DNA from: a virus
Taxonomy: Duplodnaviria > Caudoviricetes
Direction: 5' to 3' (one strand)
IMG/VR virus record: IMGVR_UViG_3300033066_002238
Span: 4,440-68,439 of that record
Length of the DNA stretch: 64,000 bases
This document shows positions 9,356 through 17,811 of the stretch, piece by piece. The first letter of the stretch is position 1. Every line of letters begins with the position of its first letter. The notes under the pieces are model-generated. The model saw only the letters and a list, made by a program, of their open reading frames with translations. It was not told the origin of the DNA and searched no databases. Position numbers and translations under genes: made by a program.

Positions 9356-9760
9356 ATGCTCAGTCCGGGACAGATCGTCGGCAACTACCGCATCACCCGC
9401 CCGCTCGGCCAGGGCGGCATGGGCGCGGTGTACGCGGCAGAGCACCAGGTCATCGGGCGCCGCGCCGCGATCAAGGTCCTGCACCAGTCGCTCTCGTCGG
9501 ACCCGGCGCTGGCCAGCCGCTTCCTGAACGAGGCCCGCGCCGTCAACCTGGTGGAGCACCCGGGCCTGGTGGAGGTCTACGAGTACGGCGTGCTGCCCGA
9601 GGGCGGCGCCTACATCGTCATGGAGTACCTGGAGGGCGAGACGCTGCACGCCGCCCGCCGCCGCCACGGCCGCCTGACCCAGGAGGCGGCCGCGATCGGG
9701 CTGCAGATCGCCGAGGCGCTGGCCGCCGCCCACGCCCGCGACATCATCCACCGCGACCTA
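9356..9760 (+). pseudogene. Truncated PknB-like Ser/Thr kinase (ends at HRDL; ORF runs on in junk to 9997)
   Basis: LGQGGMGAVY, AAIKVL, RFLNEARA, YIVMEYLEG, IIHRDL then no KPEN, DFG or APE. Confidence 0.85.
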
Positions 9761-10376
9761 TGGCCCGCTGCGCCAGCTCCTGGACGGCAGCTTCAAGAAC
9801 CGGGGCAGCGCCCGCAACGCCCTGCAGATCGTCTGCGGGCGCACGCTCCTGCCCTTCCATGGCGGGACCAGGCCCGCGCGAGAGCGAGGCGGGATCTATA
9901 TCCACATCGGCAATGGCGGCAATGGGAAGACGGCATTCCTCAGCGCCCTGTGCCAAGCCGTGCAGGGCCTGAAGCTGCCGCCCGAAGCCCTGAATGACAT
10001 CGTGGCGCCAGCGGCAGGCCCGCGCACCCTGCGGGGCAAGCAGCAGGCCTGGGTGGCGAGCGCGAAGCCGCGCATGATCTTCGTGGACTGCGCCGACGAG
10101 ATCAAACTCAGCGACGCGGAGACAAAGGCGCTCGCCACCGGCTACAACGTCCACCTCGCGGTGAATCGCATGCCGCAGAAGATGCCCACAGCCATCGCGC
10201 AGTTCGTCCCCGGCCAGGAGCCGGACCTGCGGCGCATCCAGATCATCGAGTGGCCCCGCTTCGTGCCGGCGGAGAACCGGAACAAGGAACTCAGCGAGCG
10301 CCTGGCCGATGACCCGGACCTCTTCCGCTGGCTCGCCGAGGGGCTGTGCAAGGACGTGGAGATGTGGGGCGCATGA
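9759..10376 (+). pseudogene. D5/P4-primase-type SF3 ATPase fragment lacking its own start codon
   Basis: Frame open from 9678 with no ATG/GTG before 9960; encodes LRQLLDGSF..ALQIVCG, Walker A IGNGGNGKT, RRIQIIEW..RNKELSERL. Confidence 0.65.
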
Positions 10377-10630
10377 TCACCTGCAGCATCAGCTACGACG
10401 CCAACGCCAAGGATCCAAGCATCGGCGCCATCGGCATCACGGCGCCCCTGGCCGCCAGCGATATCGTGAAGCGCGTCTTTGCCGACCCGTCCCCGCCGCG
10501 CAGCGATGGCACGGTCTACGCTTGCCGCGGAGGCCGGGCGGCGGAGTGCGCGCGGCTCACGGGCCAGCTATCCCTGGCTGGCGTCGAGTGCGAGTGGCTG
10601 ATCGATGAGCGGCCGCGGAGCGTCCAGTGA
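10373..10630 (+). CDS. Hypothetical protein
   Basis: ATGA-coupled ORF. Confidence 0.6.
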   Translation: MITCSISYDANAKDPSIGAIGITAPLAASDIVKRVFADPSPPRSDGTVYACRGGRAAECARLTGQLSLAGVECEWLIDERPRSVQ

Positions 10631-10839
10631 TCCTCCAGCGCGCGCTCATCTGCGCCGCGGTGGCGCTCCCCACGACCATCGCGGCCCCGGCGCCCCTCTC
10701 GACGCCCCACGCGGCCTCACGGGCCCGGTGCGAGGACGACTTCGACTGCCCTATGCACTGGACGTGCGCGGCGCGGCGCTGCCAGCCGCCGCCTGATCCG
10801 CTTGCTCGTCCTCGTCTTCCCGCTTCGCGCTCTCGATGA
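10627..10839 (+). CDS. Small putatively secreted Cys-rich protein
   Basis: Hydrophobic N-terminus; CEDDFDCPMHWTCAARRC four-Cys motif. Confidence 0.5.
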   Translation: MILQRALICAAVALPTTIAAPAPLSTPHAASRARCEDDFDCPMHWTCAARRCQPPPDPLARPRLPASRSR

Positions 10840-11248
10840 GCAGCGGCGTGATGGGGAGGCGCGGCCCCGGCGCCGCCAGCTTCACCTCGCCCTGGGTGAG
10901 CACGTAAGACCCTCCCTCCCAGGCCAGCATGCCGCGCACCGCCTGGCGCCCGAGCAGCACCCGCTGCTCCTCCATCCGCGCATGGGCGATCTGCCCCTCC
11001 TGGCACACGATCCACCCGACCGACTCGCCGCTGCGCAGCGTGATGCTGGCGCTCCTATGCTCCTGCTCCAGCACCTGCAGGAGCGTGCCGAGCGAGAGCG
11101 CATCCATGCTGCCGCGAAGCGCCCCGGGCACAGGCGCTGCTGCCGCGCCGCCCCGGCCCTGCCACAGCGCGAGGAGCGCGGCGCCGCCGCAGGCCCCGCA
11201 GGAGAACACGGCCACGGCGGACAGGAGGAGCACGGGCAGCGAGATCAC
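10751..11248 (-). CDS. Membrane-anchored DUF4388 (PATAN-like) domain protein
   Basis: N-terminal TM helix then LRGSMDALSLGTLLQVLEQEHRSASITL..GWIVCQEGQIAHA..GRQAVRGMLAWEGGSY..ITPLLIESAKRED; GGAGG RBS before GTG. Confidence 0.85.
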   Translation of the reverse strand: MISLPVLLLSAVAVFSCGACGGAALLALWQGRGGAAAAPVPGALRGSMDALSLGTLLQVLEQEHRSASITLRSGESVGWIVCQEGQIAHARMEEQRVLLGRQAVRGMLAWEGGSYVLTQGEVKLAAPGPRLPITPLLIESAKREDEDEQADQAAAGSAAPRTSSA

Positions 11249-11472
11249 GAGGCCTCCAGGAGCTCCACGAGCCCGAGCATGGGGACAAGTGACCACACCT
11301 GATCGCCCACCTGCTTCTTCCCGTGGTGGTTGAAGCGGATCCCTGATGCGCAGATGCCGCGCTCGTCGGCGCAGTCGATGATGACCGCCACCGAAGGCAC
11401 GCGCGGATCGGTGCTCTCCAGGAGCGCGTGTGCCCCCGGGGTGAGCGAGCGAAGCCAGCGTGCTCGATCCAT
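11245..11472 (-). CDS. Hypothetical protein
   Basis: TAAAAT-N6-ATG start; GTGA-coupled to DUF4388 gene. Confidence 0.6.
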   Translation of the reverse strand: MDRARWLRSLTPGAHALLESTDPRVPSVAVIIDCADERGICASGIRFNHHGKKQVGDQVWSLVPMLGLVELLEAS

Positions 11473-11501
11473 GGATCTATTTTACGCCAGCGGCCTGATG
11501 T

Positions 11502-11723
11502 TCACGACTTTCCCTGCAGACCGAACTCGGCTATGTACTCGGCGACTGCGCTACAGATGCGCGGGTTTGATGCCTGTAGCACCGCGCACAGGTAGCGCTG
11601 GGCGCCCTCTGTCCTTGGCCACGGGATGTCAGGAGGCGGCCAGAGAAGGCCTGCTCGCGCCGCCTCCGCGAAGATCGCTGCTCTTTGCTCAACAAGCTGG
11701 ATGAAGGTGTCGCGCAGTGACAT
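11502..11723 (-). CDS. Hypothetical protein
   Basis: Short ORF in leftward gene run. Confidence 0.45.
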   Translation of the reverse strand: MSLRDTFIQLVEQRAAIFAEAARAGLLWPPPDIPWPRTEGAQRYLCAVLQASNPRICSAVAEYIAEFGLQGKS

Positions 11724-11781
11724 GCGCAGAGCAAACACGCCGGGGGATTTTCGCGCAATGTGAAACGCGCGTGAGGCTGCT

Positions 11782-12306
11782 TCAGGCGCTCTTCCTGGGC
11801 CTGCCTCGCCTGCGGATCGGCACGTCGTTTAACTGCCCGACCTGGATGCCCGGACGAAGCGCCACCTCCTCGCACCAGGCGCACGCGATCGGCACAGAGT
11901 CACGCACGCGCACCAGCCGATCGGCGGGGATATTCTTCGAGCAGGACGGGCATCTCACGATGGGCATGGGGCAGCAGAAGAAGCACACGCCATCCACACC
12001 AAACAGGTGCAGCTGGCGCGGCTTCTTGCAGGAAGAGCACCCGCAGGCCACCTGCCCGAGGAGCGGCAGGAGCTGGCGGTAGCGCAGCGCGAAGCGCCAG
12101 AAGGTGCGCCGCAGATCTGGCCCGGCGAGAAGGGGCGGCGGGCGAACCTCTCCCCCGGGCAGCGTGATGGCGCTCTCGCTCAGGCTCGCGCCAGAGAACT
12201 CCGCCAGGCGCCGCTCGGCGTGGATGACCAGCGTGCCCGGGTGGGGCCCGAGCAGCGCCGGAGCGGCGAGCTCCAGCGGGCAGTCACTCAGCAGATAGAT
12301 TTTCAT
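11782..12306 (-). CDS. Zn-ribbon protein with C-terminal AT-hook-like RRRGRPRK
   Basis: AAGGAG RBS; CxxC pairs (CSSC, CFFC, CPSC, CAWC). Confidence 0.7.
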   Translation of the reverse strand: MKIYLLSDCPLELAAPALLGPHPGTLVIHAERRLAEFSGASLSESAITLPGGEVRPPPLLAGPDLRRTFWRFALRYRQLLPLLGQVACGCSSCKKPRQLHLFGVDGVCFFCCPMPIVRCPSCSKNIPADRLVRVRDSVPIACAWCEEVALRPGIQVGQLNDVPIRRRGRPRKSA

Positions 12307-13774
12307 CGGTCTCCTTCACGTACTTACGCGCCAGTGCCTCGATAAGCTCTGCATCAGGCGAGAATCCCCGTTTCTTCGCTTCGCTCAGAGCCCACCGGAG
12401 CCCGAGCCACGGGCCGATGGTGTTCTTGCTGCCCCCGCCGCGCTCCCGGGCGCGCTCCTGCTTTTGCTGCAGCGCCGGCACCACGATCTGCACCCCCCGC
12501 CGCACCAGATCCTCGAAGATGCGCGCCTGGCGCTCGGGCGGCGGCACCTCGGTGATGACGCGCAGCTGGTTTTTCTTCATCGCCACAGGCGCCCGCGTCT
12601 GCGCGGTGATCGGCGCGCCGCACTTGATGCACTGGCGGCTCTGCCGCTGGATGGCCGAGCAGCGTGGGCACGTGGCGAGAGAGGTCGGGCCGCTGCGCTG
12701 CAAACGGATGGGGTCGCCGTCGAGAGAGAAGGTGCGAATCTCGTCGAACATCCCGTGCCAGTGTACCGAGCCGGTGCCGTCCAGGAACACGAGATGCCGC
12801 TTCCCGGGCGCGGGGCGCAGGCCCCGCCCACCCATCTGCAGGAAGGTGCCCGTCACGTCCACCCGTCGCCACAGGCCCACGCATTCGAGCTCCCTGCAGT
12901 CCCATCCCTTGATGCCCACGCTATGGGTGCAGATGACCAGCGTCTCGCGCCGGCGCAGTCTTGCGCGAACTCCCTTACGCTTCTTTCTCGACGTGCTTCC
13001 GGTGATCGCCTCCGCGGAGACGCCCGCATCGAGGAAGCGGGTGACGAGCTCCGCGGCGTGGGCGCGGTTCGCGCAGAAGTACAGGGTGCGGCGCCCCGCC
13101 GCGAAGGAGAACCAGGCGGAGACGGGATCCCAGGCGAGGCGCCCGGCCTTGAGGGGTGCCTTGGGCGCGTGGATCACGCAGTCAACGAGGTAGCTGTGCC
13201 GCTCGCCGCCGCAGGGGCAGGTGCCCGCGGGGCCTTCCTGGTGGCAGGTGGTGCACAGGCCGTGCTGCTGCAGCCAGCCGACCTGGGGGCCGATCACCAA
13301 CTCCTGGTAGAAGGCGCCGAGCGAGGCGCCATCGCCGCGCTGCGGGGTGGCGGTGAGGCCGAGGTGCCAGGCGTCGGGGTAGGCGTTTAGGAGCACCAGG
13401 GTGAGCGCGGCAGCGAAGCCGTGGCACTCGTCCAGGATCACAAGGTCCGCGGGCGGGCGCAGCTCCCGGGCGATGAGGGTCTGCAGGCTGCACACGTAGC
13501 ACCCGAGGCCCTCCTCGTAGGGCTTCCCGGCCTGGATGATGCCCGCGGGGATGCCGTCGGACCTGAGGCCCTCTGCGGTGTCGTCGACCACCTCGTCAAG
13601 GTCCACCATGAAAAGGACCCTGCGCCCACGCGCGAGGGCCGCGCGGATCATCTCACGCGACACCGCGGTCTTGCCCGCGCCGGTGGCCATGACGAGAACG
13701 AGCCGCCGCAGGCCCGCCGCGTAGCGCTGGCGCAGCGCATCGATCATGCGCGCCTGGTAGGGGCGCAGGTTCAC
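12284..13774 (-). CDS. SF2 DEAD/DEAH-box (ResIII-like) helicase with zinc-finger insert and tail
   Basis: LRPYQ, MATGAGKT, LVILDECH, GLTATP, GWDC, QMGGRGLR; CPRC/CIKC. Confidence 0.92.
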   Translation of the reverse strand: MNLRPYQARMIDALRQRYAAGLRRLVLVMATGAGKTAVSREMIRAALARGRRVLFMVDLDEVVDDTAEGLRSDGIPAGIIQAGKPYEEGLGCYVCSLQTLIARELRPPADLVILDECHGFAAALTLVLLNAYPDAWHLGLTATPQRGDGASLGAFYQELVIGPQVGWLQQHGLCTTCHQEGPAGTCPCGGERHSYLVDCVIHAPKAPLKAGRLAWDPVSAWFSFAAGRRTLYFCANRAHAAELVTRFLDAGVSAEAITGSTSRKKRKGVRARLRRRETLVICTHSVGIKGWDCRELECVGLWRRVDVTGTFLQMGGRGLRPAPGKRHLVFLDGTGSVHWHGMFDEIRTFSLDGDPIRLQRSGPTSLATCPRCSAIQRQSRQCIKCGAPITAQTRAPVAMKKNQLRVITEVPPPERQARIFEDLVRRGVQIVVPALQQKQERARERGGGSKNTIGPWLGLRWALSEAKKRGFSPDAELIEALARKYVKETDENLSAE

Positions 13775-13805
13775 CGGGAGGCCTGGGTGCTTGGGTGGGG
13801 GCTCA

Positions 13806-13912
13806 TCGCTAGCTATGTATAGACATGCTGGCGCGGGTGGGAGCAAGAAAATTGATCACGTGATCGATTTTCGGTTGACGTGATCAGACTCGCTTGCTAT
13901 AAAGCTAGCAAG
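13806..13912. promoter_or_regulatory. Divergent control region (helicase versus ParB operons)
   Basis: Plus: TTGACG-N17-TATAAA with inverted repeat CTTGCTA-N6-TAGCAAG; minus: GTCTATACATAGCTAGC (identical to 62047-62063); palindrome GATCACGTGATC at 13854-13865. Confidence 0.75.
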
Positions 13913-13928
13913 TAACGGGAGAGCAACG

Positions 13929-14948
13929 ATGAGCGCGAAGACCGCGATGCGCATGGGGAACGATGGCGAGGCTGCGGCCCGCAGCGACGTGTACCACCTG
14001 AATCCGAACTGGATCACGGTGATCACCGATCGGAGCCACGTGCTCTATGACGAGCGCGTGCACCTGCCGCTCGATGAGAAGATGATCGCCTCGATCGCGC
14101 GGCAGGGGGTTCTCAAGCCCGTGCTGGTGCGCCTGAACGGCGACATCAAGGAACTCGTCGCGGGGCGCCGCCGCGTGCTCCATGCGCTGGCGTTGTGGAA
14201 CCGCCAGGCGGAGGAGGGCGTTCCCGTAGATGAGCGCATCAAGGTGCCGTGCATGCAGCGGCGCATGACGGACGCAGAAGCCGTCGAGGCGATGATTGAC
14301 GAGAACGAGGATGCGCTCCCCGACTCGCTCGCCAACCGCGCACAGAAGGCGAACCGCCTCTTGCAGCTGACGGGCGACTGGCCCTTCGTGCAGGCGAAGT
14401 TCCCGGGCTATGACCTGAAGGCGCTGCTCGCGGTGATCGAGCTCGCCAAGCCCGTGCAGGACGCGATCGACGCCGAGGAGCTGCCCCTGTCAGCGGCGCC
14501 CGACATGGCCTGCATCCGGCGCGAGGATCAGCCCGCGCGCCTGCAGGAGCTGATCACCAAGGGCCTGAACCGGGGCCAGGGCGTGAAGAAGGCGCTCAAG
14601 CAGATCAAGGCGGGCAAGACGGTCGCCGAGATCAGCGCGTTCAAGGGCCTCCTGCCCTCGCGCATGCGGGGCCTGGCCCACGCGCTCGACAGCGATCGGG
14701 TGGTGCAGCAGGACCTGTCGGCCTGCATCGCTCGCGCGGGCGCTCCTGTGGTGCTGGCGCAGCTCCTGCGCTACGCCGCGGGCGATGAGACGGCGATCGC
14801 GGCCTTCCCGGAGCTGATCACGGTGATCGGCGAGGTGGATGAGGCGCTCAACAAGAAGGGCGTGATCACCGGGAGCGCGAAGGCGAAGAAGACAAAGGCG
14901 CAGCGGGAGGCCGCGCCGCCCCCGAAGGCGAAGAAGACGAAGAAGTAA
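13929..14948 (+). CDS. ParB N-terminal-domain protein
   Basis: LYDER..MIASIARQGVLKPVLVR..ELVAGRRR motif; Lys-rich tail. Confidence 0.8.
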   Translation: MSAKTAMRMGNDGEAAARSDVYHLNPNWITVITDRSHVLYDERVHLPLDEKMIASIARQGVLKPVLVRLNGDIKELVAGRRRVLHALALWNRQAEEGVPVDERIKVPCMQRRMTDAEAVEAMIDENEDALPDSLANRAQKANRLLQLTGDWPFVQAKFPGYDLKALLAVIELAKPVQDAIDAEELPLSAAPDMACIRREDQPARLQELITKGLNRGQGVKKALKQIKAGKTVAEISAFKGLLPSRMRGLAHALDSDRVVQQDLSACIARAGAPVVLAQLLRYAAGDETAIAAFPELITVIGEVDEALNKKGVITGSAKAKKTKAQREAAPPPKAKKTKK

Positions 14949-14959
14949 CCCCTGATGCT

Positions 14960-14991
14960 GCCGGGGGGCTGCGGCAACGCAGCCCCCCGGC
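14960..14991 (+). other. Strong RNA hairpin (14 bp stem, GCAA loop) without U-tract
   Basis: GCCGGGGGGCTGCG-GCAA-CGCAGCCCCCCGGC between ParB gene and next RBS. Confidence 0.7.
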
Positions 14992-15005
14992 CCCTGGAGG
15001 CTCTC

Positions 15006-15221
15006 ATGACCATCCATCTCCCTGCTCGCTCGGCCTGGCCCGCGATCGCCTTCCTGGTGGCGGGCGCGATCCTGTTTCTGTGTCGCCAGCGCGAGGCCTC
15101 GATCGCGTCCTACGTGTTTGCCGTGGTGGCGGGGATCGGCGCTCGCCTGAACACGCACTACCTGCTCTGGCAGGCCCAGAAGCAGCGCGCCCGCGTGGCC
15201 GCGCTCGGGGGCCGCCGATGA
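15006..15221 (+). CDS. Small two-TM membrane protein
   Basis: GGAGG RBS, two hydrophobic segments. Confidence 0.7.
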   Translation: MTIHLPARSAWPAIAFLVAGAILFLCRQREASIASYVFAVVAGIGARLNTHYLLWQAQKQRARVAALGGRR

Positions 15222-15559
15222 CCTGGCTGCTCGAAGATCCGCTGGAGCGGGCGGCCTGCTACATGGGAATGCTGGCCCATGCGGACGCCGTGAGGACTCT
15301 GACCCTGTGCAACACCACCGCAGAGGCGCTGGCGGAGTCGTGGCGACAGGCGCTGCGCCGTGGCACAGGTCCGAAGCGCCGCCAGCACTTGGTGTCGGCG
15401 ATTGGCTACGTGAGCCCGGCGCTGTGCCTGATGAATATCCCGGGGCTCATCGCGATCTACAACTCGGAGTATCAGCAGCACCTGGAGGCCGACGGGCCGC
15501 GGATCATCGCTGAGTGGGTGGAAGTCGAGCGCCTGCGGGATATCGAGGGTGGACAATGA
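15218..15559 (+). CDS. Hypothetical protein
   Basis: ATGA-coupled. Confidence 0.65.
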   Translation: MTWLLEDPLERAACYMGMLAHADAVRTLTLCNTTAEALAESWRQALRRGTGPKRRQHLVSAIGYVSPALCLMNIPGLIAIYNSEYQQHLEADGPRIIAEWVEVERLRDIEGGQ

Positions 15560-16146
15560 AGAAGTCGGAGCGCAGCGCGATCGAGGGTTTGATTAACGAT
15601 AGGGCCGAGGCACCAGAGCAAAGTTCAGGCTTCTGGCTCAATGATCGAGTCGGCGATCTGGGGTACTACGAGGGCGACTTCTGCAAACAATGCGTGCGGA
15701 CAATGCCCATACTCACATCCCTCGTCATGTGCCATTTGTTCTCGATGCTGGGCGGCAACCTTGCCCCGGGCCATGAGTGGGAACCGGAGATAGCTCGGGG
15801 CTACCAGGGGTGCTTGCATTGCAAGGAATGGCTTCATAGTCCGGACAAGACCAACAACCGCCCCTGCCGCAGCATTCCAGGCCGCATTGTTGATCGCCTT
15901 GACGAGGTGGTTGATGGTGGCTGGGCAATCGAGCACGACAGCATGGTTACGTGCGACTTCTGCGGCATCGATATTTACATCTGCCCGACTGATTATTGTT
16001 GTCAGCAGGAGCTAGATCACTGGGAAGATTGCGGCCCTCCAGCCGACGGATATCAGTGGTGGCAGCTGAGCGAGATTCTGGACAACCTCAGTGATGAGCA
16101 GTGGATCGTCCTGCAGGGGCTGATGAAGAAATGGGGGGTGTCGTGA
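15556..16146 (+). CDS. Cys-rich hypothetical protein, lower GC
   Basis: CKQC, CLHC, CDFC motifs; many A/T-ending codons. Confidence 0.7.
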   Translation: MKKSERSAIEGLINDRAEAPEQSSGFWLNDRVGDLGYYEGDFCKQCVRTMPILTSLVMCHLFSMLGGNLAPGHEWEPEIARGYQGCLHCKEWLHSPDKTNNRPCRSIPGRIVDRLDEVVDGGWAIEHDSMVTCDFCGIDIYICPTDYCCQQELDHWEDCGPPADGYQWWQLSEILDNLSDEQWIVLQGLMKKWGVS

Positions 16147-16385
16147 TGGCGCGCCCCCGACTCGTGGCGATCGTCGAGGACAAGGAAGCCCCGCACGCGG
16201 AGCTGTACCGCGTGTATCTGGCCGAGGCGGGCGACATCCTCGGGGAGGAGGAGCTGCAGGCCGGGGGGCTGTGGAGCCTGCAGGAGGGGAAGCGCCCGCT
16301 GGCGACCCCCCAGAAGATGCAGGTCTTGGAACTAGATGCCATCCTCGCTGGCGAGGAGAACGGCGTGCGGAGGTACTGGCTATGA
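16146..16385 (+). CDS. Hypothetical protein
   Basis: Coupled ORF. Confidence 0.55.
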   Translation: MARPRLVAIVEDKEAPHAELYRVYLAEAGDILGEEELQAGGLWSLQEGKRPLATPQKMQVLELDAILAGEENGVRRYWL

Positions 16386-17530
16386 AGACGATCGGTGACG
16401 TGATGAAGCGGGCGCGCCGGGTGCGCTTCCACCTGCGCACCGCGCGCAAGAACACGCTCTACGCGGTGCAGGTGCTGCTCGGCGGCGGCCCGAAGATTGA
16501 CACGGTGGTCACGCCCCCTGAGGGGCCGCAGCACCCGATCGAGTTGTGCAAGTGCACCTGCGGCCCCGACGCGCTGCCCAAGGATCACGACGCGGGCTGC
16601 CTGTGGCTCGCGCAGATGTGCCGCACCTGCGGAGGGGATGGCTGGTGCCCGAAGTGCGGAGGGGATGGCACGGCGCTGGCACCCCAGGCGCCCGAGTGCC
16701 CCGAGAAGGGCCGCTGCCACGGCTCGCTCAGCTGGTGCGACATCTGCGGCAACGTGTCGCTGCAGTGCGACATGGCCGACTGCGATGTCCACCGCGAGCG
16801 GCGGCGCGACAGCCGAGAGGAAGCGGCCTACCTGATCGGCGTCGTCTACGAAGACCTGCCCAAGATCCCAGCGACGCTGATGGAGCATCTGCGGCGCGCG
16901 CACGTGTACAAGGACAGCAGCAAGGATCCTTGGTACGTGGACCAGGGTCATATGTGGGTGAAGCTGGAGCCCATGGCGGCGATCGATGCCCACAAGGAGC
17001 TTGTTCACTTCGGGTGCAGCGTGCTGGTGAAGGATCCGCTGCCCACGAAGCGCCCCCCGCACGGCGATCCCTGCACCCACTGCCGCGGCGAGGAAGATCG
17101 CTTCGGCATGAGGTGCAACCCGATGCTGCCGCGCTCCACGAGGTACGCCCAGGCCCTGATCCAGGGCCTGGTGGCCGCGGGCGCGGAGCCGCAGCCAGCG
17201 GCCCGCGGCGAGGACACGGTGATACCGATCGACGTCCACAACCTGATCCGGGAACTGCGGGCGCAGATCGCCAAGCTCACCGATGAGCGCGACGACGCGA
17301 ACAAGGTCGCCTACATCATCGGAGAGGAGGCGCAGCAAATAAAGGCGCGCCTCGCTGCCGCCGTGAACCTGGCGGGCATCAAGGCGGGGCGCGACGCGGA
17401 GCTCATCGAGCTCCTGGAGCAGGCCGGGATGGGGGCGCCAGGCACGCCGAACAACCTGGTGGATATGGTGAAGGAGTGCATCGGCAAGATCTGCCCCCAC
17501 ACCGAGGATAAGGGCTGGTTCAAGTCATGA
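16382..17530 (+). CDS. Multi-domain Zn-finger protein (DnaJ-type CxxCxGxG repeats) with coiled-coil tail
   Basis: CRTCGGDGWCPKCGGDG plus further Cys clusters. Confidence 0.7.
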   Translation: MKTIGDVMKRARRVRFHLRTARKNTLYAVQVLLGGGPKIDTVVTPPEGPQHPIELCKCTCGPDALPKDHDAGCLWLAQMCRTCGGDGWCPKCGGDGTALAPQAPECPEKGRCHGSLSWCDICGNVSLQCDMADCDVHRERRRDSREEAAYLIGVVYEDLPKIPATLMEHLRRAHVYKDSSKDPWYVDQGHMWVKLEPMAAIDAHKELVHFGCSVLVKDPLPTKRPPHGDPCTHCRGEEDRFGMRCNPMLPRSTRYAQALIQGLVAAGAEPQPAARGEDTVIPIDVHNLIRELRAQIAKLTDERDDANKVAYIIGEEAQQIKARLAAAVNLAGIKAGRDAELIELLEQAGMGAPGTPNNLVDMVKECIGKICPHTEDKGWFKS

Positions 17531-17811
17531 CCGGCGGGGTGCTGGTCTCGCTGCCCTGTGGTGACTACTTCACCCCGGGGCCAGTGCCTCTCGACCCCGC
17601 CGGGGTGAGGGTGGTGCTGCCCCTTGCTGGCCTGGAGCCGGAGCTGGTGAGCGCGGCGCTGCGCGAGCGGAGACTGCTCAGCATCACGCTCGGGCCGGTG
17701 CTGGGGCCGCGTGCGGCGGCGGAGCTCCTCATCGAGAGGATGGATCCACCGGGGCCTGATGGCGTGGTCGTGCTCACCGTCTACCTGCGCAGCAAGGAGC
17801 CCGCGTGCTGA
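17527..17811 (+). CDS. Hypothetical protein
   Basis: ATGA-coupled. Confidence 0.55.
   Translation: MTGGVLVSLPCGDYFTPGPVPLDPAGVRVVLPLAGLEPELVSAALRERRLLSITLGPVLGPRAAAELLIERMDPPGPDGVVVLTVYLRSKEPAC

Noticed and set aside
9335-9997. Functional phage Ser/Thr kinase effector
   Set aside because: Ends at HRDL with no KPEN, DFG or C-lobe; treated as a capture remnant
14960-14991. Hairpin as an intrinsic terminator
   Set aside because: No U-tract on either strand; kept only as a structural element
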